From Camelus ferus (Eukaryota), in NCBI RefSeq assembly GCF_009834535.1, contig NC_045707.1, positions 57,042,001-57,106,000 of the forward strand: a DNA stretch of 64,000 nucleotides. The letters run 5' to 3'. The notes beneath the pieces are model-generated. The model was not told the origin of the DNA. It ran no database searches and worked only from the letters and a program-made list of their open reading frames with translations. Made by a program: the position numbers and the translations under genes. Numbering within the stretch: position 1 is the first letter of the stretch; every line of letters starts with the position of its first letter. Below are positions 11,976 through 26,400 of this stretch, in pieces.

Positions 11976-14900
11976 GTAGGTTTGGAGATTTATTTCCTCT
12001 TTTTTCTAACTTTTAGTTGCTTTTTATCATTGTTCGTGAGGCATTAAAAAGAGAGTAATTGGAAACAAAACCATAGACTGAGGCCAATATTGTCCTGGTG
12101 TTCCCTAAAACTGTTCAGTGCCCCAGTTTCATGGCTATGATGGGCTAACTATTAAAATAAAAATCTTTGGCCCATAGTTGAAATAAACAGTTTTTCCTAA
12201 AAGATCAAAGCATTTATTTCAAAACTCAAATGTATTTAAAATATTTAAATGTAGCCTTACAAATAATATAATATTCCATTTGATGTTAACTTCAGTACTG
12301 AATTGATATGATAAAGTAAGAGAATATACCATCCAACTTTGTGCTTCTTCTCATGATAGTTAAAGGACCTCCTCTTAAAATGGAGTATTTAAAAGGGGAA
12401 CATTTCTCTGACTGATTGAATAAAAACTTATTTTAGGCTCACAGCAGATTGTTTTGCATCTGTCAGGAAACAGTGTATTTTTCATTCACATATAATATGG
12501 AACATTTAAATGACTTGCAAAATTGGCAATCTTGGAGTCTTAGCAGCTGTTAGAAAGCAAGTGGGTCCATAAATAACATACTTTTTAAATGCATAGTAAC
12601 ATTTTCAATGATGAAATAGAACCTTTAGACAATGTTCTTTAAAAGCCGAAAAATTTCTCTTTATTCTAGAATCTATTGGCTGGTTACTCCTTTTCCTTCC
12701 TCTCAAATATTTATTACATTGTGTTTACAGTTTTCACATTTACCTTCTTTCCTATGAAACAGTGATCATTGCTCTAGTCATCATTGTAACAGACACGTGC
12801 ACGTGGTTGTGTTAGGCTATTAATTTACTTCATATTTTGCCTTCCCAATTGCTTTGCAGATGTTTTCTAATAATGAAGTTGTGGAAGTTGTGGAAGAGTT
12901 CACTACTCTGATTGTTTCATTAATTTTCTACTTACTAAAATTAGACGAATATCCAAATTTGGTAGAAATACTGTGCAGAAAGAAGAAATGACCTTGAAAG
13001 CATTATTTCTGGAATACAATTACATGCCCAGTCAAATTCCATACTAATAAATATTTCCTCTTAAGTTACTGATAACTCGAAAATATATTTAAATGTTACC
13101 ACAATCTGTCTGTTCCTATCAATGAACGTTATATTTTATGGTTACGTATTGAGAAAGAAATCTTCTCCTTTGATAGACTCTAAAATTTATTTGAAGTCTA
13201 AAGGAATTTCAATTTGTTTAAGATAACTTTACATCTAAAGGGATAAGAATAATCAAACCCAGCCTGGCTAATGGACTTGGTTTATTTCCCTTAAAAGTTA
13301 ATTCTCATATTTCTCACAATGAAATATTTACAAATAATAGCAACCTGGACAGTTTTCATATTGCATATAAGCTGATATTGAGGCAATAACTCACATAGTT
13401 CTTTTATTGTTTGTGGGACCAAGTTAAATGTCCTTTTTAACAGCTACAAAAGTTAAAAACTCCAATTATACAATGATTTAACAAAATCGTATATTTAGAA
13501 TTGAAGTTTGTAATTGTTAACTTTACACACCATTGGATTGACCCTCTTGATATTAATTTTATGGAATTATTTCTTAAATCCTAAGTATCCTTATAGTCAG
13601 AAAGTAATTTTAGTTCTGGATTTAGTTTGATTTAGTTTGAAGGTCTTACTATGCTTGACTTTATTGTTTTGTTTTGCAATATGTTTTGGCAAAATATAAT
13701 TTTTAAATGTAGTAAGGAGAATATTTGACTATTTAGAAGAATATTAAGCACAATCTATAATACAACAAAGGCTAACATTTCTTAGCCCAACTATTTCCTG
13801 TAGAATAATAGTATTGGGTTAAAATGGATCCAGCAATGCAAGGCATTGTTAATTAATGAAAGGTCAGAAGTATTTCTCTGACTATCTCATAGCAAGAGCC
13901 CCATAAGCATATGTATGAGCCTTTATTTGTAAGATACACAGATGAGTGCTCACATTTATTCAGAAGTTCTGTGGCACCATGCCTTGGCTTCTGGGTTACC
14001 AAAGAGTGGAGTGTCTTCATGTATTGGGTTTTATAAGGTAAGCAAGATAAATTATTTTTAAATGACATAGTTTCAAATTTTACTTCTATCAAACCTATTA
14101 TTAATTATGACTCAGCATTAACCATGTGTTCTCAAATTTTTTTAAGTATTTAAAATTTTATTTAAACGATTCCAATTTTCTTTAGGAATCATACTCTTTT
14201 CTGTTTTCAAATTTCATGTTTAATTGTCTACCTTCTAGATGGAAAAAAATTTAAGTACATTTTATTGAAAAAAAAAACACAAAAAATGGAGCAAACTATT
14301 TCAAAATGGTGAACACTATAGGTTGTACATGCGTAGTTGCAATGACTGTGGTTTCCTACCAGTTGCTTTTCTACATTCTACCCACTGGCCAAGACAAATG
14401 ATGTGTACAGGACATAGTATTTAGACCTATAATCATGATCCCAGAGTTCATACTAGTGATTCATTAGTCTCTGTGGGAATAGCAGAGCTGAAGAAAAATC
14501 TTATTTTTAACTTTACTAGGATATCAGGTGTCTACAATTGACAATCTGTGATTTTAAATTTAATTGGGAGAAATCTTCTTTAAATAAGTTACTTATGACA
14601 CATTTTTAAAAGCCATATGGGGGAAATAGTTTCAGAGAGCAGCATTCAAGACATTCCAGATCCTTGCAAAGTTCAGAAATTTGCAAAGCTGGCAGTCCCA
14701 AACAAAGGTCTAATTTGGGGTAAACTTACCATCCAGCAAAATTAAACATGCATAGATTAGAATATCTTACTAGATGTGTGTTCCTGCTTTGTTCTACTTT
14801 TACTTTGCTTTCTGGTGCAGACATTTGTTTTTCTTACATTTCTAGCTATTGTCCTATGATGAGAAATAGGAAATCAACAATGCTGAATCTGCTAAAGCAC

Positions 14901-17900
14901 TCACTGTTCTAAAACTTCTTGAGTTGAGTATTATCTTTCTGAGTTGTATATCATCAGGCAGGTGCTATTCTTCCATCAGAACAACATCTAACCTTAAGGC
15001 CTAAAGTCAATCCACTGTTGTTCTGCCAGGTTCGTTTTTACCACCTCTTATCTTTGCTGTCATTTTTTTAAAGCTTCAACTCCATAAATTTCTTCAGCAG
15101 ACTTATGTAGAATACAGTTAATACCTACAGTAATTATGTCAAACTGAAACGCATCTTGCAATTCTTTGAATACTTCACATTAATTTGCCTGGCCTTCCCG
15201 TTTAAAATTTGACCAATTTTTCTGTAGCCTTGGGGTATAGTTTGCCAAATCTTTGAGGATTTGAGTCACTTTTTCTCAATATGTGTCTCCTTATTAACAT
15301 TATGATTCTCCACAGTTTCCTCAATGTGTCACTGCTATCTGAGATCTTTTCCAGCATCCGTTGTTTGATTTCATTGGGCGGCAGGCACCTTTTCTGATTT
15401 AAGACAAACTGAACATCTTTCCCATTTCTAAGACTAAACCTTAGAACTTCACCTCTTCTATTTTATAAACCTGTCATCCTGATCTTCAAGAACTTATTTC
15501 TCTTTCTTAGCTCTCCATCAAATGTTTTAGGCTAAAACCTAAAGCTAAACCTTAAAGCTTTGCTCAGGGTGGTCAATTAAAGTCAACTACACAACCCCAA
15601 AAAATAACTATACATCATAATAAAAGCTATTGTAATGTCAAAATTGTACCTGGTCTGGATGACCAAAAAAACCTCAATTTCTGAATGTTCTTTAACTCCC
15701 TAACTCCCCAAACCTCACTTACAATCTAAATGTGGGTATTTTAGGACCCAATAAATAGAAATTCTGTTCTTTGTCAAAGTTTAGAATTTATATGAAGATG
15801 GACAAAGGAATCAGACAATAAGAGATCAAAATGTTTTATTACTGAAACTGCTGTTGGGACAGTGATTTAAGTATATGGAAAAGGGTGTTCCTGAAACTGA
15901 ACCCCCAAGTTAGATAAAGTTACCTGACACAGAAAGAGCAGGATATTCACAGGTTTCCAAGATGTACAAGTGTAAGACTCACTTCTCCTTAAAAATAGAG
16001 CCTACACTATTATGATTCCATAAATATGTTACTCTAGAATCAAGAACTATGAACTCACAAGGAAGGAAATGAAACTTTATGTCATCAGCATCTTTGCCTA
16101 AAGAAGAGCTTTGGAAGTATCAACGATGAATGTACTTGTATTAATATCTCTTCAGATTTCTAATGGTTTTTTCTTCCTCCTGGAATACATTTAATTTCCA
16201 ATTTCCCATATCACCATCTCTAAAAATGTATTGATAAGGTTTATGACAAACTTTCCAAATTCTTAGAGATCTGTAAATATATTTTACACCTAAAATTACT
16301 TGACAATTGTAAAACTACTGTTTTAAAATAATTTTTCCTCAAAATTTTGAAGGTACTACTCTTCTGGCTTCCAGTTATGTCTAATTTCAATTGATTCTCA
16401 CTCTTTTGTGTGTGACATACAGAATTTCTTTTTCCTTTCTCTCTCAGAAAGCTTAAGAGTTTTCCCTTTATCTTTGGGATTCAGAAATATCAAAAGTACA
16501 TTTGTATTCATTTTTGAATATATTTCATTTTTCTACTTTATACTTTCAGTCTAAAGACTTGTTAGACTGGACTGTCTTACAAGTATTGACCTAAAACATT
16601 TTTATGTCTCGACTTAACTTTGATTCTAAGAAGCTTACTTTTACTGAGACTTATGGGATTAAAGATGAAGTTGTCTTTCACTAGTAATACACCTGTTTAA
16701 CTCTCATGATAGTCCTTGATAGGCAGTGAATGCATTAAAATTGACAGAATACCCAGTGAACAGTTACTTAGCTCCAGAAATATAAATTCTGAAATATTTA
16801 TATCAATTTTTATCTACTAATGTTTTCCTCCTGCATTTTTAACACTGTATAATTTTTTATTAAAACATATATGTATGTTGAAATCTTCTGTATCTTAAGA
16901 CTAAATTGAAAGATACTATAAGAATATTAACATATTAATTTATCATTTTCAATCTTTAGTTATAATATATGTTAGATTTGCTATGTTCTCTTGAATGGAT
17001 ATCACTGCTAAGTGAATATGGATTTCATATTTGAAATCAATTTTTCAACATCATTAAAGTGAAATTAACATTCCATCTTAGCCGTCAGCAGCATCCTCCA
17101 GAGAAGCAGTTTTATCCTTGGAGCATAACAGTCACAGCTAATCACTACCGATGGATCTTTATGTTAGAACTTCAAAGGCATAAAAGTGAAGCTCTATAGA
17201 TTTAGTTAATTTATTTCCATTGCAATCCTAAGGGGCTTCTTCAATGCATAAACTTTAATGTGTTTTGAAACTCGACACTTATAATCTTTGGCATTTGGAA
17301 GTTTCAGAGTTTGCATATCTCCAAGCAAAATAAATGTCACTGGAAATATTCATAATTAAAAGTATCACAGATTACACAACAGTCTTTCATTTAATAAATA
17401 TTTATTAAGTGCCTATGTGCCAAGTTATACTTATAAGTTGTATTCCAGAGGTTAATTTAGAAGACATGTGTGAGAAGGTTTGAATAGATTTTCCCTTGTA
17501 AGTAGTATCATATATATGGAAGAGAAATGTCTTTGCTTCCTCCACAAAATATATTTTGTAAACATGTTATAGGAACTATATTTTGCTGGATGAAGCAAAA
17601 AGAGGAATTCACCGGTGGGATATTAGTGTCTCAGAGCCTGCAGAAGCAACAGAGCCAGGACAACTGCAGAATTTCACCTTTAACAGATGGTGAAGTCTTT
17701 CCCTAGAGTGTTGTCAACAACTCATCTTTTCTATTTCACATTTTTGAATTCCTAGGTGAAAGAATCTGATTGGCCTAATGTGGCAGAGATATCTGTACTT
17801 GGATCAATTAGTTGTAGTCAAGAGTTCACTTAGTATAGACGTGATTACAGGGGAACACTCCTGGGCAACCAGTTCAAAAAGATCTAATAAAGTAGAATAT

Positions 17901-19539
17901 TTCAGAACCTAAATCCAGTGCTCTCAATGTTTATCTGGGAAAAGGTGCCCCAATTTTCTACTTGGAAACCCAGGAGATTATCTTCTCTGCCTGCACTGAG
18001 CTGGAGCTTGCCTTGCCTTGCTTTCTGATCATGGACAGCCCTGCCAAACTCCAGCTGTGAACAATTCTAAGAATTCCCTGAACCTAAAAAATAATAATAT
18101 CCAGAGGCTAAAGGCCCAAATCCATTTAAATTTGTTAGGAAAAATGAATCTAAGGAAAACAAAAGTGCTGTTTATATATCTATATATATATATTTGGAGG
18201 AAGGAAAAGAACATGGAAGGAACAGGGCTGCTGTTTTGAGCCTACAGTACAATGTCAATAGATTAGAGAGTAAGTAGAACCAGAAGCCCTGTATAGTGTC
18301 CATATTTTCTGCCCATGAAAAATGAAAAGAATAAAATAAGGATTAACAGCAGGAAGTGAAAACTCAAGATAGTTACATGTACTGGAAGAATGACCTCCTT
18401 TTCTAAACAAATCCATACTGTTTGTCTTGATTAATGTAAATCCTGGATTAATGGAACATGGTAATGATAACTTTTGACTCATTCACTTAGTACCTATTAT
18501 GTCCCAAGAACTGTGTTGGAAACTACTGATACTTGAATTTTACAGTTCCATTCTTCAAAGAGATTTTAGAGTGTCACGAAAAACAAATTATTGCAGTTAA
18601 GTATTTCAGTTGCCATGATCATTTCTCTAAGTCACTGGCTTTGAACAGAATGAGAAAAGTGCCACCTAATGTTCTTATTTAAAGGATGTTCTCCAAGCTG
18701 AAGACTGGTCATCTCACTCTTAGTTCTAAAAATAAATGTAAAACACTTATTAGATTATTTCTGAACAATAAAAAGGGACATTATTGACCACCAAGAGTAA
18801 ATGGATATCCTTAAGAATAAGCTGTGCCCGTGAACTTTTCAAACATTTTCTACACATGTAGATGAGGAAAACTGCTGTAGAAGTACCATATATTGAGTTT
18901 AGCATGGTATTTCATTTACTTTCTAAATGAACATAAGTTTGGAATGAGACGAACAACATGGAAATATAACTGATGGAACCATTGCAATCAGAGGGGCTGA
19001 ACAAGTAGAATTGATGATGCCTGAGTGAAATGGAAGGTGGTGGACTCAGCTCTTTGATAATTGATTTAAATGAGAATATCAGATTTGTGAAAGCATGAAG
19101 CTAGAAGACATAATTAATTTTTAAATTAAAAATTATTTAAGGAAAACCTTTACAGAGAGATGCAAATCTAACAAGACGAAGTTTAGCAGGGTCATTTATA
19201 TAAATCTGCCTCCAATTTCATGACCATACATATTGATTACTTGTATATAGGGGGATATGTATCATTTAACTGCAGCTCCTAAGAAAAAAAAATGTTTCTG
19301 CAAAAAAAAAAAAAAGGCAAATTAGCAATGCCTGATAAAGAAGTTAACGATTTCAATATCCAAGAGGCAATTGATAAGGCCAAAATGCTATGCACTGACC
19401 AGATCATGGCTGGATATTGTGTTAATTTCTGGAAGATGTATCCATATATAATCAGAAGAACATGCCCAATATAGCAAGATGATACCAAACCATGCCTTCA
19501 AGGAGCACTAGAAGTAATTAGGAATGTGTGGAGTGTGGA

Positions 19540-19845
19540 CCACAAGATCCAAAAGCTGCTTAGAGGAAACAGCTGTGTTCTTTAAGGCTGTGTGAGATCT
19601 TGGACCAAAAGTGAGAGGTTGTTACAGATAAATTTGAGCTGCATCTAAGTGAGAAATGTTAACAATCACAGATCTGAGAAGAATTGACCTTCTTGAAAGA
19701 CAGTTGTTCCTCATGATTATATCCACTATATATCTGCCAAACGTGTGTATGTGCAAGATTATTATGTGAGGGATTCAAATTTCAGCTGAGAGATTGGATT
19801 GCATGCCCTTTAAATTGTCCCTGCCCTGCGATTCTATGATTCTCT
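19540..19845 (+). mobile_element. Old CR1/L3 3' end
   Basis: Ends in attctatgattct, the CR1-type terminal repeat. Confidence 0.4.
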
Positions 19846-20029
19846 ACGTAATTCAGAGAACTGGACTCAGAGAACCTCTGCTCTTGTAAACATTTGAGAT
19901 GCCTGGCATAGTGTAGGTACTCAAAACTTATGTTCTAAAAAACTGAATACAAGAGTGGAAGCTAGGTAGAAAAATAACTCTCAGGTGAAGAGGAAAACTT
20001 AAGAATATTGAACAGGAACTAGGACAGTG

Positions 20030-20470
20030 ACTCCCACTCAGATGACCAAACCAGACATCTGGGCTTCATCTTTGCCCGTCGTTCTGCTTGTCCTTACTCT
20101 TCCTCTGTACACCTTCATCCACTATCACCATCACCTCTGTATGCTTTCACTCAAGGTACTATTTCTTTAAAATCTCTCAAACGTGTTGATATTCTTCTTT
20201 TCTTTCTGAGGCCATCATGCTAAAACAATCTTGGTTCTTCCAGTCTTGCCTTCTTCTAATCCATTCTTCACACTTCAACTAAAGAGATCTATCTGAATCA
20301 TATTTCTAAACTTGCCTAAAATCCCTCAATCATTTCCTAGCATCACTAGGATAAATGTCAAATGCTTTTAGATAGCCCGTAAGTCCCTACATTATCTGGT
20401 CCCTCTGTATCTCACCAGCTTTCTCTCTCTACTTCTCATCTTGCACATTATGTTCTTACCGTACTTAATA
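20030..20470 (+). mobile_element. L2 remnant
   Basis: tccattcttcacac...aaaatccctcaatcatttcctagcatcactaggataaatgtcaaatgc resembles L2; boundaries approximate. Confidence 0.55.
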
Positions 20471-23268
20471 TCTGTTTCTTGTTTATGACTACTATCTCTG
20501 TGTGTGCAAAGCTCCTGTTCCATTTTCCTCCTCATCCTTTGTGTAGTAACGATAATAATGATCTACTTTATATGTAATAAATATTTAATAATTACATTGA
20601 GTAATTACAGTATGCTAGGCACTTTTCTACACATTTGGCATGTACTTTCTCTCTTAATTTTCAAAAAGCATTTGAGGTAGAAACTGCTATTTCCTTCCAC
20701 ACATGAAGAAACAGCTTTCTAGGCACCGTGGTACATAAAAGTGCTGACCTCCTGAGCCCCATTTTCTCTGAATTGCTTAGGATATGAGGGTAAAGTCACA
20801 ATATAGAGAGCATGTAGCCCAGTCTTTCGGCTGGACCTGTGGTACCCTACCTAATTTTAAATGTCTACATAGAGAGGCAACAAAGAATCTCTCACCTTTA
20901 TACTTTGAAAAGAGTACCATAATTTTTTTCCATTGATAATAATTAGTTTCTTATCCAACCCCATCCCATCCTTCAAAATGAGCAACAAATGTATTCAAAT
21001 CAAACACCTTTTTTAAGAATGGGAAGGGAGGTAATTTCAAAGTGGTGTAGTTGCTTTATAAGTTGCTTTTTTTCTGATATAATTAGCCATACATAATATC
21101 ACAAAGTTTGATATAAGATTAGTAATGATCACTAATACATAAGCTATGTAAGAAATTTAAATGTGTGCTTTGAATTAGTCTAATGTTACTCATCCCAGTA
21201 AAATGTTCAAAGTCACTGCCTAATAACAAGGATAATTAAGTCCCTTTATTAGAAGAAGAAAGTCACTAATTAAGGTACATTTAAATATAATACTGACTGA
21301 CATCTTAATATGGAAAGTGTTCTCCATATTTATTTCCACAAATGTCAGATCTTATATTAGCTCTGTACAGTGTTTTTTTTAAGGTCTTTGAAGATGTGCT
21401 TTTTTCCCCCAGAGTATTTAAAATTAGCCTTTCAGGAAGCAAGCGTCTCTCCCTTGTTTCCACATTTCTAAGAAGGGCAGTAATTATCTATATCCTATTG
21501 CTAGGGTTTTATTTAAAAAGTAGTTCCATACCAAAAGACTTTTCATTCAAAAGTAAGTAATATGTGCATGTATGTTATATCTTATGCTCATATATATACA
21601 AACATACAATTAAATGGCTTTATTTCAGATTCTGCATAATTAAGATTTTAATTTTGGACTTGACTGGGATACATTGGCTAGGCAAATGAATAACAAAAGT
21701 CTTGGAAGAATTAAAGATTTCTTAACCTCTTTTAAAGAGTCTCCAAAACTTAAGCTATTTGAAGTCAACATGAACTTAAAAAAGGAAAAAGTGTTTCTGA
21801 AGAAGTGTGATGATGAACTGTATTTAAAACTCCTTAACCATTTTCTTTCATTTATAAGGATCACTAGAAATATGCTTGGCTATTTATTTTTTATCTGTAT
21901 CCCATCATCTGTCATTATATACAAAGCAATTTCTGCCATCACCCTGGGTGCTCCACATAGATCAACCATTCACAACTTAAGTTCATGGCTTTATCACTTC
22001 CAGTGTTATTCTCTACTCCTAGTCAGACACTTTTCACGTTATATTCAGAATCTTGTCATCACCCCCCAAATCATTCTTATTAGGAAATTACTAATTCAAT
22101 CATATCAGTCCTTCCTAACCATAGTCTCCTTCTTTCAACTTGCTTGATCAACTTCTTCTCCTCTCATCTTTTTTTAAACTTCTGTCCTTTCCCAGTGCAT
22201 CAGCCCCATTCTGTCCTCTTCTTTCTCTGTACTTAGCTTGGATTCTACATCCAGAATTTCACCACACTTAACCATTCCTACATCCTATCACTTCTCTTTC
22301 ACTTGGTCACATCCATGTCATAACCACAGTCACCAGTGAATTTTCTTTCTCCGTGTCTGCATGGGCACCTCTGTGCTGCTGGGGAAAATTAACACAGGGG
22401 AATCTGGACCACCTTCATTTGGGAATTCGACACTGCCAACAAGTAATAACAATATTTTTCTCTCACCAATCTTCTTTCTGCTCTCTGCAACTTTTGTCGA
22501 AGACCTCCACTGTCCTCACCCTGCATCTTCTGCAGATGTGTTCACATTCCACCTTAGAGGGAGAGAATAACACCATCTGTGTCCTCTGAATTACTTGCTG
22601 CCAAATTCACACTAACACTTGCCCCCATCCTGCCTTATTACAGAAAACTAGTTTAGTCTCTTCTTTAGACCATACCTCCCCATTTTCTCAGCCATGTTTT
22701 GCCAATTTCCCACTAGAACTTACACTGTCAAATTCTGCTCTTTTCTGTGTTGTGGCCATCAGCCTTTAAATATTGTCAGGTATCACCCATTAAAGGAATC
22801 CTTTCTTCATCTCACTTTTCCACTTCAGTTACTACCTGTTCACTCCTCCATCTGGTGTTGATTGATCTTAAAAATTGCTAAGTCACCAACTTGAACCTTA
22901 AGAAGCAAGAGGCAACCATATTCCACATACAAAGTTCCTTTAGTAAATTATTTCTAAAATGAAGCTTTACATTCGAAGTTGACTAGTTATAAACAGGAGA
23001 AGGCCTATTCTTTTAGGAGGAGATCTAGAAGATTAAAGTGAGGCAACTAAAACATGTAAGAATCCTGTTTTGGACTATAAGACAGATGTTAGTTGATGTG
23101 ATGTCCTCTTGTTGTGTCTGGATGTATGCTGATGTCCCCAAGAAAGATACTGTACCAATAATTGGTTTTGATCTTATTCATTAGAAGGTAACTTAAAACC
23201 TGTTTTTTCTAGATCAATGAAAATTGTTATTTGCCTATTGTTAAAGTGATCTTTAAAGAACATTAATT

Positions 23269-23427
23269 TTTTTAAGTGTATTTATTTAATTAATTTATTT
23301 TTTGGTGGGGGGAGGTAATTAGGCTTAGTTAGTATTTATTTATTCTTAGAGGAGGTAGTGGGGACTGAACACAAGACATTATGCATGCTAAGCATTTGCT
23401 CTACCATTTGAGCTATACCCTCCCTGC
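23269..23427 (-). mobile_element. tRNA-derived SINE, camelid-type, with target-site duplication
   Basis: Reverse complement reads gggagggtatagctcaaatggtagagcaaatgcttagcatgcat...gttcagtccccactacctcc...taattacctcccc (A/B-box-like head). Flanks are aaagaacattaatt (23255-23268) and aaaaaacattaatt (23428-23441). Confidence 0.8.
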
Positions 23428-26400
23428 AAAAAACATTAATTCTTGACAGAATCTTTCTTGCTATTATTATCACCTAGACAATCTGAAGTAGAAAGAAAAA
23501 GAATGAGGTTACATGTTACTGTAAATAACTGCATGCGGAAAAGAGTATCAGTTTTTATAGGACAAATTAAACACTGTATCCAGACCAAAAAAAAATTCTG
23601 CAAATATATATTACCTCTGATATGGATTTATAATATATTATCACAAAATCTCTTAGCGTCATTTACAACTATGGCTTTTTGTCCTTTGCAGAACATATTT
23701 TTTTGAAAGTTGTGAGCTGAAATACTTAATATTCTAAGTGGGCTAAGTGAGATAGCTGCTCAGTATTGTTCTTAAACTAATTGACTATGGAGGAGACAAA
23801 AGTTCATAAAAATTATGAGAAGTCAGATAATGTATACACCTTGAGAATAAATATATTAGAAATTTAAGCAATACTTTTTGAGTGGTATCTTTGTATTTGT
23901 GTTTCCTGTTTATTTTCATAATTTCTTTTAGGTTTTATATTTAAGGTATTTTTATATGTACAAGTTTCCTGTTTTAGAAAATGATAAATATGTGACTAAT
24001 ATTAATCTTCCACTGTGTGCAGTTTTAATCAACTTGTTTTATTGAAGAGCAATTCCTAGTTAGCTGGTAGGCTGGGGAAGATAATTTTGTCCATAGTAAT
24101 AACTGGTCTCAACTACTTCTGGCAGTTTTCATGAAGAGCTCAGAAACTGCCCTTTTTTTAGACATCAAAGAGTTCACAGTTATGTTGATAGGAAAACCAT
24201 TTTAGCCACCTAGAATTTATCTTTTTGGGTCTTAATTTTTTTTTTTTCTGTTGCATGTGTGATGTAAGAAATACGCCTTAAATTTCTTAGGACATTGTGA
24301 TGCCAATTTGTATGGACAATTATGTTTTTGTTTATGTGAAAAATTTAAACAGCTTGGCACGGCTATTCTGCAGCTAAGGTCAAAGGACATGCATTTCTGC
24401 AACATGTCATTTCATAAAGAAATGCACAGTTTCTCTGAATGAATGCGTTTAGCGGAGGCACGTGCAGGGTGTTCTGTCGCACGTCCAGCTTTTCTTTACA
24501 ATAATTGTGCAATAAAAAAGGAAATTCTCTAACTTGACTAATTGCTTAGATAGGAATCTCTGCTTCATAGTTTTGTTATATCGAATGTATTTTATGAGCT
24601 GTAGTAAGAGTTTTATTTTTCTAAGAATTAGTCCACTATGCTAGTGTAGAAAACTTAAAATAATATTTTCATGGCTTTTGGTTGAATTATTTAAATTCCA
24701 TATTTTCCCAGCGCCTCTCCTCTATCCAGGGAACAAGTGGGCTACTCCAAACATTACATTTAGATCAATTTTTTGTGATGTTTCTGCTAACATTAGTAAA
24801 CCAATCTAGTTCATTTTCTCCCTCAGAGCAACATTTATAAACATCTGTCCAAATAAATAAATGTTTCCATTAAAAGACACTCAGTTGGCACAAGCTCAAC
24901 ATTTATTTTGCCAGTTCAAATAGAGGAGAAAGAATTAGTATGGCAAAGGGAGAAGAGTGATAGAATTTTTTATATTTTCTGATTACTGGCACACAATTAT
25001 TTATAATAATTATTATTGTTATAGCACTTGTTAGAATAATAAAATTATGGGACTGGAATGCACACATTTCTTCTTGTGTCAAATTAAGATGAGGAAATTG
25101 AACATCAGAACCTGCTAGTGACTTTGACTAAATCGTGTATGGGAACAAGAACCCAGATATTCTGACCCTCAAACCAGTGCTTTCTTCCAGCTGCTCCTTT
25201 CAAGTAGTCTGCTGTATTTGTCTTGAGCTCTAACAGCAAACTTACAAATCTGTATGAGAATCTGAGCACCATTTAGTAAGTTACTGCTGCTCCGATTTGT
25301 GAAATAACCCAAGAGTGGCCTTAAATAAAGAATATTCTTTAACAAGGTGCCTGACTTCTTCCCTGGGTTTACTAGAGGCTGGGAAAATGTGGTCATGCAT
25401 GTTTCAGAGTGGCTCATTTTCAAGAGACAGACTTACTGGTCAACTATTAAAACTGCTTTCAGCCTGATTATGCTTTTGGACACAGTGAGTATGTATGTCA
25501 TGGTGAAAACAAAACAAAACAAAACACCATGTCTTTCTCGTATCTGAGCTTCCGCACATCTGAAATGATGCTCTTGTTTTATTCCATGACTTTCTTTGGA
25601 TTGAAATGTATCCATTAACATTTGTGTGCTTTTCTTTTCCATCCGTCCTTCTCCATCTCATGAAAAGCACATCAGGGTAAGTTGAATCACAATGGCTGCT
25701 GAATATGTCTGTTTTCAGCACCATCTTCTTTTTTCTTTTATCTTTAGTATTTCTCTTTTCAGTTGTAACACAAGCTGCACTGCCTCTGACCTAAAATGAA
25801 AATTGTGAAGTGTATTCATTTTCTTAGCATAAAAGGAATCATTGGTTCAGAGAAATGTTCACATTCAAATTAATCAAGTTGGCCTTTCAGGCACTTCAAT
25901 TTCTTTGGTTCTATTAGACATATGTCAAAAGACAATCCAGATGTCATTTCCCCTAGTGCTCAAGTCCCTCTCTAGGGGTTAGTGTGACATTTAGTGACGC
26001 CTAATCGTTGCAGTCACTTGAGTACTTCTGACGGTGCTGCCTGACAGTCTACCTGGATATTTCCTGGTGCTTTGTGGTTCTCCACCAGCATTATATTCAT
26101 GAGACAAATTTATTTGTCAGCTACTAGGACTGCGCTTAGATGAAGAGGGTTAAATGCTGGGTCTTTCATAGCAGAACTTCTACGCTTAGATTCCAAAGTC
26201 ATCCTTGGTTTTGGTTGGACCCTCTGGTTTTGGGTCTACTTTCCATTGTTTCCTACACTACCAGTTAATTTGTAGAGTTTAAAAAAATATATGTTACTCA
26301 AATTACTGCTTCAAATTTCAAATCCTACTTTTTGAACTCAACTTAGAATATGTTATTTATTTCCAAAACCAGCTGGGCTTCAAAGTAAAACAAATTGAGC

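Noticed and set aside
21674..22147. 157-aa ORF
   Set aside because: TTG start, no recognisable domain, and it runs into pyrimidine-rich L2-like sequence.
23340..23427. tRNA gene
   Set aside because: It is the degenerate tRNA-like head of a SINE with a tail and target-site duplication.
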